Assembly (NCBI GenBank): GCA_977017645.1
Contig: OZ360229.1
Coordinates: 78,120,001-78,184,000 of the forward strand
Reading direction: 5' to 3'
Source of the DNA: Torpedo marmorata
Taxonomy: Eukaryota
DNA length: 64,000 bases
Part shown: piece after piece, positions 11,791-23,373 of the stretch
How the letters are laid out: each line of letters opens with the position of its first letter
Numbering within the stretch: position 1 is the stretch's first letter
Notes under the pieces: model-generated
The model's database searches: none
What the model was told of the DNA's origin: nothing
The model's input: only the letters and a program-made list of their open reading frames with translations
Position numbers and translations under genes: made by a program

Positions 11791-13147
11791 AGAATGCCAT
11801 TATCTTCACCACTGGCCTGAGCTTCAGTTCTGGTCAGTCCAATAATGGTCAGCACTCCACTCTATGTGGGACTAGGAAATGTAAGCAGGATTAGTCCCCT
11901 CTCCTGCAGCCTCTAGTTCTGTAAGAGAGAGTCACTGATGCTGGAGTGACATGCTTTCATGTCTGATTATCTAACAACCTGCAGAGGTCATGAGGCTTGC
12001 GAGCTTTGCACCTGCCTTGAGTACATGAGGGAGTGGTTTGGCAGACAGAATTTCAGCTTGACTGACTGTTACTGAGTATTGGGACTGTGGAGCAGCCTGA
12101 AGCCAGAGGTGCAGTCAATGGGTCGCGGCATTAGAAGATGTGTTCACTGATCTCGACTCTCATGTGAGGTCACTGAACTTCTTATGGCAGGTACACTGGT
12201 CTTCAGAGCATAGTCCCAGAGGTCCGTATCAGCGGGACTCAATTCCTTCTCAGCTTGCGTCTGGGCATTTTCTGGCTGTCCGCAGATGAAGGCACCTTTC
12301 CTCCCACTTCTTCTGTCAAGGCCCTGAGTACAAGGGCAGAGAACTCTGTGGTGTCCGCTCACACCATGCTGCCTTCGTTCTTCTGTTCCCCAGGCCAGAT
12401 TCCTTTTAAAGATAACAGTAACAGATACAGGCTCCAACTGGGGGAGGGACAGGTGACCTTTAAGCAGAGCTGAGCTATCCTGACATTGGGCACCTGCAGG
12501 TCCAAATGGTCTGGAGCTGAAGCGAAGAGGCAGCTTGGATAAGCTCCTGCCTGCAGTGAAACCTAGCAGTGGGCGAACACCGATCACTAATGACAAAGGT
12601 GAACAATAACTGGATGTCTCACCCTTCTTCCAGTCCTACCCAAAATGAAGCACCGAGAAACCGGGGAATTAATGCAAAGGTTTAGGGTTACTGCATCGTA
12701 GTGTCTGTGAGTGCTCACTGAACCTTAGGACATTTTTGTTCTCACTTTTCAGAATTAATTTACTGCGAAGTCCTTGCACGGTGGATGTGAGGTTCTGAAG
12801 GATGAAAGATCATTGCAGTAACTGGCCAGAAGCAAATGGAAAATGACACAGACCACTTTAAAAAAAATTCAGAAACTCCCATAAAGCAGATATTTCTGTA
12901 AAAAACACATGCACAATGAATAGGAAACTCATGCATGAAACTTGGTCATTATTCAGACACAGACAGCGGCACCTGAGGAGGTGGGGGTCGTGCAGAGCGC
13001 TGCCTGAAAGATGTTAATCGACAGGTTTACAGGAGTGCTTGTGCTCAGAATCTCTGGCATTGAATCAGGATTTTCAAAATCAGCCATGGCTGCAACCAAT
13101 TGAAGAACAGGGGAGTAGATATCTGGGTTTGGTCACTGTAGTTAATT

Positions 13148-13402
13148 AAATTTAAATTTAGACATACAGCATGGTAAAAGCCATTTCGGCCCACGAGTCT
13201 GTGCCGCCCAACTTACACCCAATTAACCTACACCCCCGGTACGTTTAGAACAGTGGGAGGAATCCGGAACCCCCGGGGAAAACCCACGCAGACATGGGGA
13301 GAACGTACAAACTCCTTACAGACAACGCGGGATTCGAACCCCAGTCCTGATCTCTACGCTATAAAGGCGTTGCGTTAACCGCTACGCCAACCGTGCCACC
13401 CC
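13148..13402 (-). mobile_element. tRNA-derived V-SINE (HE1-like)
   Basis: tRNA-like head with B box GGTTCGAATCC, V-domain GTTTGTACGTTCTCCCC...GCGTGGGTTT, tail TGTCTAAATTTAAATT. Confidence 0.8.
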
Positions 13403-13631
13403 GTGGACAAGAGAATTAACTTTTGGTTGTACCAATCACCACACATTCGACATCAATGGAGCTGACTGCACAACCAGCCAGCAATAGATTCCTCCTTACA
13501 AACCTGACAGAAATGACCAGATTAATTTTTACTGGATTTTTTTAAAGCCAAATGGATTTCAATGGTTTATGGAGCAGGATATCTGAAATACCGGTAATTT
13601 TGAAATGAAAATTTAAAAAAATAAGCAAAAT

Positions 13632-13865
13632 GGGGCGGCATGGTGAGCGTGGTGGTTAACGCAACACTATTACAGTGGCAGCGACCCGGGTTCAAATCCA
13701 CTGCTGTCTGTAAGGAGTTTGTACGATTTCCCTGCATTCGCGTGGGTTTCCTTTGGGTGTTCTGGTTTCATCCCAGGTTCCAAAGATGTATGGGGCTAGT
13801 GGGTTATTTGGGCAGCGCGCATTCATGGGCTGGAAGGGCCCGTTACCATGTTGTATCTCTAAATT
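13632..13865 (+). mobile_element. V-SINE
   Basis: GGGTTCAAATCC B box and V-domain; inverted relative to 13148-13402. Confidence 0.75.
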
Positions 13866-14234
13866 CAGACAGCAAACTCAGCTATGTTGCAGTTGACAGG
13901 AACATTTAATGGTTGTGAAGTGGAAGGGAGAATAAATCAAACTGATGTGAAGGCTGCAGCTCCTGATGTTAGTGATTAGTTTTGACACTGGTTTGCGTCC
14001 AGTGATGGTGATGCTGGTGTGTGCTGGAAGGCTGCAAACTCCTCATCCCTGGCCATGGAACTATGGAATGGAGCAGTCAGGTGGAGGAAGGGAGCAGAGA
14101 GCCAGTGGCTCATTCTCCATACTGACCAATGGTCGTCGGGACAAATGTGAGACTATTCTCTGCAGAAAGTCATGCTCGTCCTACTCCAGAGACTGGAGCG
14201 CACAACCCAACCTGCCGTTCCCACTGCAACATTG

Positions 14235-14935
14235 AGCAAGTGTCACACTGAAGACGCTGCCATCTTTCAATTGCGATCCTGTTTTTCAGTCGATGTAAAA
14301 TATCCCGTGGCACTATTTGGAAAGGAGTGGGTGGGTAAGGTGGGGGGGAGAATTTCTGGAAGTTTTAAGGAGAGGCTGGATGGGCTGGGACTCTTCACCC
14401 TGGAGCCGAGGAGGCTGAGCAGGGTGACCTTATAGAGATTTATAACTTCAAGAGGGGAAGAGATAAGCTTTTCTCAGGGTAGCGGAGTCTAAACCGAGAA
14501 GACAGAATTAAAATGAGAGGGGAAAGATTTCACAGGGACCTGAGGAACATCTTTTTTCACACAGAGTGTGGTGGGTATGTGGATTGAGTTGCCAAAGGAA
14601 GTGGTGAAGGTGGGGACAAATACAATGTTAAAAAGATATTCAGACAGATTCATCATTAGGAAAGGTTTAGAGGGATACAGGGGTTGATCTTGGGTAGACA
14701 ACTTTGTCGACGTGGAGAAGTTGAGCTTGTTTCTATGCTGTAAAACTCGATGAACTCTGCCAGAATTATATTTATCAATATTACTAAATTCATTATATCA
14801 TTGTTATTTGTGGGAGATCAACTTCTCTGGCTTTCTACATTGCCACAGTTACTACACTTTAAATGAAATTCATTGACTACAAGATGCTGTACAATATCTT
14901 GAACTCATGAAAAGGGGTCATCAATGCAAGTCTCT
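14235..14935 (+). mobile_element. Old DeuSINE (SacSINE1/AmnSINE-like) interrupted by a CR1 3' fragment (14365-14750)
   Basis: Deu-domain-like GATGTAAAATATCCCGTGGCACTATTTG before the CR1 piece; CATTGTTATTTGTGGGA...CTACATTGCCACAGTTACTACACTT...AATGCAAGT after it. The CR1 part encodes ERLDGLGLFTLEPRRL. Recognised from memory of consensus sequences. Confidence 0.55.
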
Positions 14936-15799
14936 TGATTGTCTTCAATGTTCTCAAAGCAGGTGCTGCTTTGTCTGTGGGATGGGTGGGGGAAGGATTT
15001 TTGAGCCCACAGGTAAAATAATTACGCATTTACAAAGCTGCCAACTGCAGGGTTAGAAGTAAAAAGCAAATACATTCTCGAGTGTTTGATCGGAACTGCT
15101 AGTGCAGAATCACATTTGTGGAGTAGAAATTGGTCAGTAATCATTTGTGCTAAATGTATGATAAAATAGTGATTGTATTCTGCTTCCGAAATTTGCTCCA
15201 CTGAACTCAATGCAGATGAACTTTGGAAGAGCATAGAGCACAGACACAGCATCGGCTGTATGCTTCACTGACGGTGAATCTACCCTGACATTCCTTTGTA
15301 TTTTGGAGTTTCCACACAGCAGCAGAACATGTCTGCAAATTTAATTACCTGACTGGAGTCACTCTGCAGTCATTGTGGAAAACACACTGGAGAAAATAGT
15401 AACTTCTCGGATTCAAGAGTAAAGACTCAAAGCATGGGATTGGATCTCCTGGACAAAGGCCAGTGCTCCAAAGGGAATGGCCTGCATTTAGTGTCAGAGC
15501 TCAGTCATACTGGGGTTACGTATCCTCTCAGAAACGGTGTCACATTCGAGCTGGCTCAGGACGCAAGACCTTCTTGATTTTAGCAAAGACAGGCGGGCCA
15601 TGGATTTGGAGGCAAGGCAGTTCAATATGTAAAAAATAATTCTGAAGTTTATTGTTTTTGATTAGTTATGAGTTTTGAACATGTTCTTAACTTTTTTATT
15701 TGAAATATGTCATGGTTTAAAATGTATTTACTTCAATTTTCATTGTTTTTGTTGTCTTTTTTAATAACTTTTTACAAATTCAAGGAAGTAAACAAGAGA

Positions 15800-15965
15800 G
15801 ACTGCTAATGCTGGAAAACTGGAGGATCTCAAAGTGCTAGAGGAACTCAGCGGGTCAGGCAGCATCCATGGAAGGCAGCAGATAGTCGACGTTTTGGCCT
15901 GAGAACCTCTCATCAGGAATCCATTCTGCCTGACCCGCTGAGTTTCTCCAGCATTTTGTGTGTTT
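15800..15965. repeat. Palindromic Penelope-associated terminal repeat
   Basis: Inverted arms GCTAGAGGAACTCAGCGGGTCAGGCAG and CTGCCTGACCCGCTGAGTTTCTCCAGC. Related copies near 3330, 22520-22715, 28980-29110, 31330-31420 and 41200-41340. Confidence 0.7.
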
Positions 15966-17093
15966 CTCTAAAAATTCATAGGTGGGGCGGGGGGACAGGA
16001 TTTTAAAGCTGTCTTTGCTTTCACTGTACCACTGAAATCCAGGAAGACTCAGAACCCTTGGCTCCATGATTCTGGACCAGATCATCACGGCCTTGGGGAA
16101 GATTGAGGAGGAAAATTGCAGTAGTCTGGCATTATGGCAGCAAGTGTTTTCTTAGATACAAATGATCTGAAATACATTTTCCCCACTGCGATTTACCAGC
16201 TATGGCTTCAGGTGCAGAAATCCCTTCAGCTGTTTATCTAAAAGATAAAACAAAGCTTTCCCGTCGAGTGTTCCAGCTCTGTCACCTAATTCTCTGGCCT
16301 TGTTCCTGTGAGTAACCAAGTCCTACTGCAGCAAGTCAAAATGATTTGAAGGGCTGAATGTCATCACTGAAACTTAATGTGTTGTGTTGCTTGACAAGGG
16401 GCTAAATCGAGAGAAAGGCCAATTGAAATAATTTCAGAGAAATAGGAGTGATTGGGAAAGATGTGCAAATTTAACTTAGTTTTATATTACATATAAAAAA
16501 TACCGGTACATTCTATTGTTGCAAAGGGTCATTGTTTTGGAAGGCTGTTTCATTGCAGGGAAGATATTTGCTGATCTCCCGTAATGAAAAGCCGGGTCCC
16601 TTTATTCTCAAACTAACACAGTACACACGAATTGCAAAATTGTTACAAACACCAACTAAAATACTGCTGATATAAATCAGCAAATTCCTTCTCCCCATGC
16701 AATTAAATGTACTTTAAATTGCATGTAATGTTGCAATTTAACTGGAGAAAGTTTCACGTTGAACAAAAGGGAAACAGTGCAACAAGTTGTTTAATTGGAG
16801 TGATCCTTGCTCGTTTTGGTTACGTTTTCAGAACTTTGATCAGCGGAGGAAGCTATCAGACAATCAGTCTCATCTGCCACGACTAAGCATCAAAGGATAT
16901 GGGACTTCCCCTCAGCATGTGAAAGAAAGATGCAATCTCAACAATCTGCTAGGAATGGATCCATTTAACGTTGTTATTTCTTGTAAAGTTAGTGACCAGG
17001 TTTTATGCAGGAGTTGAAAGGACACGGAAGCACAAGTGCACCACAACAAAGACAGTGACAAGCAAGTAGCATTAGTGTCAAAAATGCCCATAC

Positions 17094-17891
17094 TCTTCCT
17101 TCTCTGGAGCAGATGGTAAAGCGGCGTCTGTAGTGGAAGGAGCAAGGTCAGTAGCTTTCCCACCAGCCATAGTGGGAAGAGAAGAATTGCCAAGAGCTGC
17201 AAAAACATCCTTTGCAAGATCAATGTCTGAGGTCTTGAAGGTCCCTCCATCATTTGGAAAATCCTCACCCTTGGAGGGTTTTTTGCTGCTGTCTGTGGCA
17301 GCCTCCTTATTCACAATGGTGGAGTTATTTGTTGCTTCCACCGGGCTTTGCTTTGGAGCTTCTGTTTCGGGGATCTTGGCGGCCGCTGGAGCTTCCGGCT
17401 TGGGCTGTTGCTGCACCGTTGTAGAGGGGGGACTGGAAGGGTTTCCAGGGCTGGGAACTGGGCCAGAGGGTTTGTTGGCGGGAGCTATCGTAGCTTCTTC
17501 TACTGTTCCAGCAGCAGGCAGGGTGGCAGAGGCCTGGTTGGAACTGGCGTTTAAGACCGGTGGACTGGAGGCCGAGGAAGGAGGAGGTGCTGAAGCGTCG
17601 CTGAGATCGACAAGGGGAGCAACCTTGGGAGCTGCCTCGGCCTGAGGCACGGAGGGCGAGGTGGGTGACGCTACCGCTGCCGTGGGCGTGTGTGGTGCAG
17701 CAGCTGCGGCAGGTGACGGCTCAGGACTGGTCGAGGCTGGGACAGCAGCGCTGGAAGTGAGTGTAGTCGTTTCACTGGTTGGACTGTTTTGAGCTGTGGC
17801 AAATGTTTCAGTGATTGTGTCAGAGTTAGTGGTTACTGTGGTGACAGAAGGCAACATGTCCTCAACAGTGGCCTGGGTATCTGCTGCATGC
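17094..17891 (-). CDS. NCAM1: NCAM1 alternative exon 18 (NCAM-180 cytoplasmic insert, 266 codons)
   Basis: Acceptor tcctcgcag|G, donor GA|gtatgg; 798 bp, frame-preserving. Contains ATVEDMLPSVTTVTTNSDTITETFATAQNSPTSETTTLTSS, PLVDLSD and FKTSDIDLAKDVFAALG, as in tetrapod NCAM-180. Confidence 0.95.
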
Positions 17892-18734
17892 CTGCGAGGA
17901 CGACAGGAGTAGAAAATGGATAGAAGACTATATAGCAATAGTGACAGATAGAAACAAAGCACACAGACTAAATCAACTGCCACACAAAACATAAGCACCA
18001 CATAGTAGATGTGGAAATAGAATTGTCTTACAATAAAACTACCACAAAAATGCCACAAACAGTTAAAAACTAGAAAATCTCAAAGGGGCTTGTTTCAATA
18101 ATCCTGATCAACAATATAATATACACAAGGGAAAGTGGGCCACAAGGGAAAGTGGTTGCATAATTCCTCTTCATTTCATTCGAAGTAAAATCCAGAGTGA
18201 AATTCTCTTGTTAGTGTCAAGTTACGAAAGTGTAAAGCACGTTTAGCTTCACGCTTTGAATTATGGCGCTCAGTAAACGTTGTAAAATTTACTCCCTCAC
18301 TGATACAGGTAGCCAATTATAAATAAATACATGCTGGAGGCGTATTAGTAAATATATTTCAAGTTAATGCTTTAGGGCCCATTAAATAAAAGCCACATCA
18401 GATTGTAATCAGTTTTGAGCCAGTTCAGTTTAAACGGTTTAGAAATTGTGATTCACTGAATTTTATGACGAACAATGACTCGTAGCTAAGTTTTTCAAAT
18501 TTCTGCATTTTGGCTTGTCCTTCTAGAATGTTCAATGACATTACACTAAGGTAACTGGGTTGAGAGGTGTTATCCAAGCAACACAAGCCAATTTAGATTG
18601 AATGCCGCAAAGTAACTCACACAATGCTATACAGGAATTATTAACCAACCATGGAACCACAAACATGAAGCAAAACATTAAAGCTTGGATGTACAGTGCA
18701 GAGCTGGTCCATTCTCCAACACTTTAGTACTCAC

Positions 18735-18851
18735 TCAGGCTCTGTCAGTGGAGTGGTTTCATTTGGCTCAGTTTGGCTCCCCCCATCGTGATTTGGCGTT
18801 CGTTCTTCCTCAGTCCGTACCTCCACAATCGGCTCCTTCGACTCATCTTTC
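18735..18851 (-). CDS. NCAM1: NCAM1 exon 17 (cytoplasmic; not in the ORF track)
   Basis: Acceptor ccttttcag|G, encodes [38 protein letters not shown](E), donor GA|gtgagt; 117 bp. Confidence 0.96.
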
Positions 18852-19224
18852 CTGAAAAGGAAACAAATGGCAGCGATCAGCATGTCAGAGTTGCAGGTAT
18901 TTTACATACAGCTAAAAATACTCGATGTTCTATTAACTAGACGGAGCATGTTATCAGGTAGTTCAAGGGCATAATAAGTAGAAATTCTGCCTGGCCTGCA
19001 GGTAAAAGAATCTCAGGGTTGTATGTGATATCATGTTTGTACTCTGACAATAAATCATAATTTTGAACTTAGTTATCAAATGGGGTGCTGGGTCTCAATG
19101 GACTAAGTGGGCCCGAGTCAACTGAATAAAACGTCAAAAGAAAAAATGTTGGTGCAAGTGAAGAAATGAAAACTGCAATACTGTAAGGGGCCGTCCATCT
19201 GTGCAAGCTCATCCATTCCATCCT

Positions 19225-19244
19225 CTTTCCAATATTTTTATTAA

Positions 19245-19308
<64 letters not shown>

Positions 19309-19777
19309 CACTGCTCATACATAGGTAAGAACAAGAATATATATCCAACAAAGTAAATATATATTAACAAATGGCTGTAAACAACCTACGAAAAAGAAAA
19401 AAAAAACTACTCTAATAATCTAACCCCTCCCTTGTGAAGTTATGATTAAACATATATGTTCCACTAATGTATGAAAGAAAAAGCAACCAAACCATAAAAT
19501 GGGATCCAATAATCATAAATTCTGATAATAATTAAGGAAAGGACCCCATAAGTTTAGAAAATTAAAGTTCATTTCATCAGTAGAGCATCTGATTTTTTCC
19601 AGAGTCAAGCATGCCATCACATCAGATAACCATTGAGTATGTGTAGGAGGGACAGCATCCTTCCATCTCATAAGTATAGCTCTTCTGGCAATAAGGAGAG
19701 CAAAGGCAACTACATGGGATTGTAGCCCAGATAAATTTAAATCAGCTGACTTACTTATTCCAAATAGGGCTAGAAAC
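19225..19777 (-). mobile_element. 5'-truncated L1-clade LINE of a second family, with (TA)n in the 3' UTR
   Basis: ORF2 end ALFG...ARRAILMRWK...WL..V..CLTLEKI; AATAAA near the 3' end; 12-bp TSD CCATTCCATCCT at 19213-19224 and 19778-19789; (TA)n at ~19249-19305. Confidence 0.8.
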
Positions 19778-20384
19778 CCATTCCATCCTAATCCACAGAG
19801 CACTTTGAAGTGAAGAAATGGTCAAAAATGCTCTGATCATTTCCTCAGATTTCTGCAGTTTCCAAGATACTGAACAATGTGTACAACGTATGCAGCAGAG
19901 ATCTTGTGGTTTATTTCTCTGTCAGCATTTTTGAGTCAGCCACATTCCCTTCACCCTCCTCCTGGAAGGAAGAAGATTCGTGTGTGAGATCACACATCCA
20001 CCATCAGATTCAAAGTCAGTTTCTTTTCTGCTGTTATCAGACTCCTGAATAAATCTCATAATATTAAAATTAAGTTGCCTTTACTCCGAACAAACTGATC
20101 TCTCTCTGTAACATTTCATGCTTTTGTTCCATGTCTTACTTGGTGTACTATGTGTGAGATGCCAACACGTCTGCTCGCAAAACAACCTCTTTCACTGCAC
20201 TTTTGATACATGCTACAATAAAGAGAATTCAAGCTGCTTTTGATTGATCTCATTAAACCTTCAAATTCTCAGCCTGGTCACCAGCTTGTACACCAGAGCT
20301 CTAATCTCCAGCCTCTACTTACTTTTTGTTCACATTTGTTTACACACATTCCTTTACCCAAATTTCATGCACAATTTCCAGAAA

Positions 20385-21080
20385 CAGTATGGTAAGCGAT
20401 TGCAGAATGCTGCCGTCCAGAAGGACTTGGGAGCGCCCGTGCATGAATCACAAAAGGTTGGTTTGCAGGAGCAGCAGGCTATCAAGAAAGCAAATGGAAT
20501 CTTGGCCTTCATTGCTAGAGGGATTGAATTTAGCAGCAGGGAGGTTATGCTGCAACTGCACAAGGTACTGGTGAGGCCGCATCTGGAGTACTGCATGCAG
20601 TTCTGGTCTCTTTACTTGAGGAAGGATGTAGTGGCTTTGGAGGTGGTGCAGAGGAGGTTCACCAGGTTGATTCCAGAGATGAGGGGGTTAGCCTGTGAGG
20701 AGAGACTGAGTCGTCTGGGACTGTACTCACTTGAATTTAGAAGAATGAGAGGGAATCTTATACAAACGTATAAAATTATGAAAGGCATAGATAAGATAGA
20801 GGTGTTTCCATTGGTGGGGGAGACTAGAAGTAGGAGACATAGCCTCAAGATTCAGGGTAGTAGATTTAGGACAGAGATGAGGAGGAACTGCTTTTCCCAG
20901 AGGGTGGTGAATCTATGGAATTCACTTCCCATTGAAGCAGTGAAGGTGACCTCAGTAAATATATTTAAGGCAAGGTTGGATAGATTTTTACATAGTAGGG
21001 GAATTAAGGGATATGGGGAAAAGGCAGGTAGGTGGAGATGAGTCTATCATCAGATCAACCATGATCTCATTGAATGGCAG
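20385..21080 (+). mobile_element. CR1 LINE 3' fragment (ORF2 C-terminus)
   Basis: LVRPHLEYCMQFWS, LEVVQRRFTRLIP, RLGLYSLEFRRMRG and FSQRVVNLWNSLP are CR1 ORF2 motifs. Confidence 0.9.
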
Positions 21081-21084
21081 ATCA

Positions 21085-21567
21085 GTGTGGTATGGCAATT
21101 GTCTCGTATCGTACCGTAAAGCGCTTCAGCGGGTGGTGAAAACTGCCCAGTGGATTATCGGCATCCAATTGCCCACCATTGGGAACATCTATCAGGAACG
21201 CTGTCTGGGCAGGGCGAAAAGCATCAACAAGGATGCATCTCACCCTATGGACTTTTTACTCTTCTTCCATCCGGTAGGCGCTACAGGAGCCTTCGCTCTC
21301 GAACCAGCAGGCTCAAGAAGAGCTTTTTTCCCCGAGGTTGTGACCCTGCTGAACCTTAAATCAGAGCACTGAGTGGTACTGCACTCACATTGTACTGTCA
21401 GTACTTTTATAATTGTTTGCTTGCTGAATGTGCTTGTTTTTATTCGCACGTAGTTATTTGTATATAGCACTATTTTTTAACTTCTGGTTGGATGCTAATT
21501 GTATTTCATTGGCTTTGTATTTTACTTGGCACAATGACAATAAAGTCGAATCTAATCTAATCTAATC
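21085..21567 (+). mobile_element. Rex1/Babar-like LINE 3' fragment
   Basis: VWYGN, LQRVVKTAQ and LFTLLPSGRRYRS; (AATCT)n tail. Confidence 0.75.
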
Positions 21568-21629
21568 AACACAATCATAATATTGCGGGAAATTCCTGGC
21601 TTTATCTTAGTGGCCTTGCAGGTGCTGCA

Positions 21630-21736
21630 GAGGAGGTAGGTGGAGCTGAGTCCACGGCCAGATCAGCCACGATCTTACTCAATGGTGGAGCAGGCTCGAC
21701 GGGCCGAATGGCCCACTCCAGGTCCTATTTCTTATG
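21630..21736 (+). mobile_element. CR1 3' terminal fragment abutting the exon 16 donor
   Basis: AATGGTGGAGCAGGCTCGACGGGCCGAATGGCCCACTCC...TATTTCTTATG is the CR1 3' end. Confidence 0.75.
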
Positions 21737-21743
21737 TACTTAC

Positions 21744-21954
21744 GAGAAAGCAGCTTTTCCCTCTTCAATATCTTTGCCCTTCGCTCCAGGGCCCGGTTGG
21801 CCACAGAAGTTCACAGCGATGCACATCAGCAGACCACATTTGTTGATGAAATAGCAGGTAACATCCACAGCCACCAGCAAGATGAGGAAAACCACAATCA
21901 AAATCCCAACAATGGCTCCGGTTCCCAGGCCTGAATCATTGGATGGATCAGTTT
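21744..21954 (-). CDS. NCAM1: NCAM1 exon 16 (transmembrane and juxtamembrane Cys)
   Basis: Acceptor ctctcttgcag|AA, encodes (E)TDPSNDSGLGTGAIVGILIVVFLILLVAVDVTCYFINKCGLLMCIAVNFCGQPGPGAKGKDIEEGKAAF(S), donor TC|gtaagt; 211 bp. Confidence 0.97.
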
Positions 21955-23373
21955 CTGCAAGAGAGAGAGTCAATTACTCAGAATAATTGCCTAATTCTCC
22001 ATTTGCACTCTTAAAGGGCAGGAAACAAACAGATTTGAATGCAATCTGGTCAGACACATACTTGTTGAGGGTTTAATTTATGTAAATTTAGTGCTCATTT
22101 AAATGACCAGAATCCTCTCATGGGGAAACTTTCCTAATTCCTAAGGTGCCACACACCAACAAACAAGGGCCTACAAGAACATCTAAAATGACTGCTGAAG
22201 GAATGGATGCAAGGATTTGTTGACACAGGAGAAAGTTTTGTAAAGGCAAGAGACGTCAGGGGAGGAAGAACACATCCTAAACTACTGAAACTTTATCTTT
22301 GAATCTTTGTATCATCCAAGGAAGCTAATACAAAGAAAGTACCTGATGTCTGTCGTATCAGCAATGTTCTTCCCTCCTTTAAAACTCTGCTCAATTCACT
22401 TTTAAAGCTTTGCTGGATTACCTTTGACTTGCAAATGAATTAGTCAAAGGGTTTAAGAAATGCCTAGTTCATGGGATGGTGAGAGACAATGCAGCAAAAC
22501 ATCACATTCAGGTGCAGTGCACAAAAGTGCTGGAGAAACTCAGCAGGTCACGCAGCATCTATAGGAAGTAAAGGGTAACCAATGTTTCGAAGTGAAACAC
22601 GAAAGTGCAGTAAAAACACAGAAATACTGGAGGAGCTCAGCAGGTCCCGCAGTAGCATCCATAGGAGGTGAAGATACTTTAAATAAATGTTTCGGGCCTA
22701 AGCCCTTCGTCAGTGGAAGCAACCTCTCTGCTTCTATCTTATCTATTTCTTTCATATTTTTGCTTCAACTGTGCCCATTATTTATCCATTAATCAATATC
22801 ACAATGAAACTGACTTTCTGGCCATTGTCACACTACTGTTTTCTAGGAGCAAGCTCAGCACAAGTTGTCTGCTGCATTTCCTCATGCATTACAGGAGAGA
22901 TAAAAAGAAATCCAATGTGGATGCCAAACACTGGGAGTCCTGGAGCCTGTAAAGGGTGCTCCTGCAATGGAAACATGACATGATGTCACCTCAATTTCTG
23001 TGCACTCTTGTTTCAGCTAACTCTCACTCAGACTTATCAAATTCCTTCTGGAAGTGCAACCAGATATCTCTGGGCAAGCCCCTATCCTCAAAGGTACCTC
23101 TTCCATCCGCTCTCAGTACCCTCTTGATATTCCATTGCCACACCATCATAAACATCCTGGTGGGCTGTCACCAATGACCAAAAAACTCAACAATTCCAGC
23201 CACACATTGATCTGTGGATCCTCTTACTCTACCCATCTTTGGTCCACATTGTATTTCTGACCACATCTCTGGAGGATAACACAGGCTTTGACTCCTGTTC
23301 ACCACATTCTCACCTAATTAAAAAAAAATAGATCTCGACAAAAAGGGAACAACGAACTCCACCATGCTTCATT

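Noticed and set aside
13320-13402. tRNA-like sequences with a GGTTCGAATCC box (also near 42440, 45830 and 58975)
   Set aside because: These are V-SINE heads continuing into the V-domain, not tRNA genes.
17133-17645. 170-aa antisense ORF
   Set aside because: Shadow of the GC-rich Pro/Ala/Ser codons of exon 18.
17078-18058. 326-aa ORF as a stand-alone membrane protein
   Set aside because: The hydrophobic N-terminal part is translated UG-rich intron; the real coding part is NCAM1 exon 18, bounded by splice sites.
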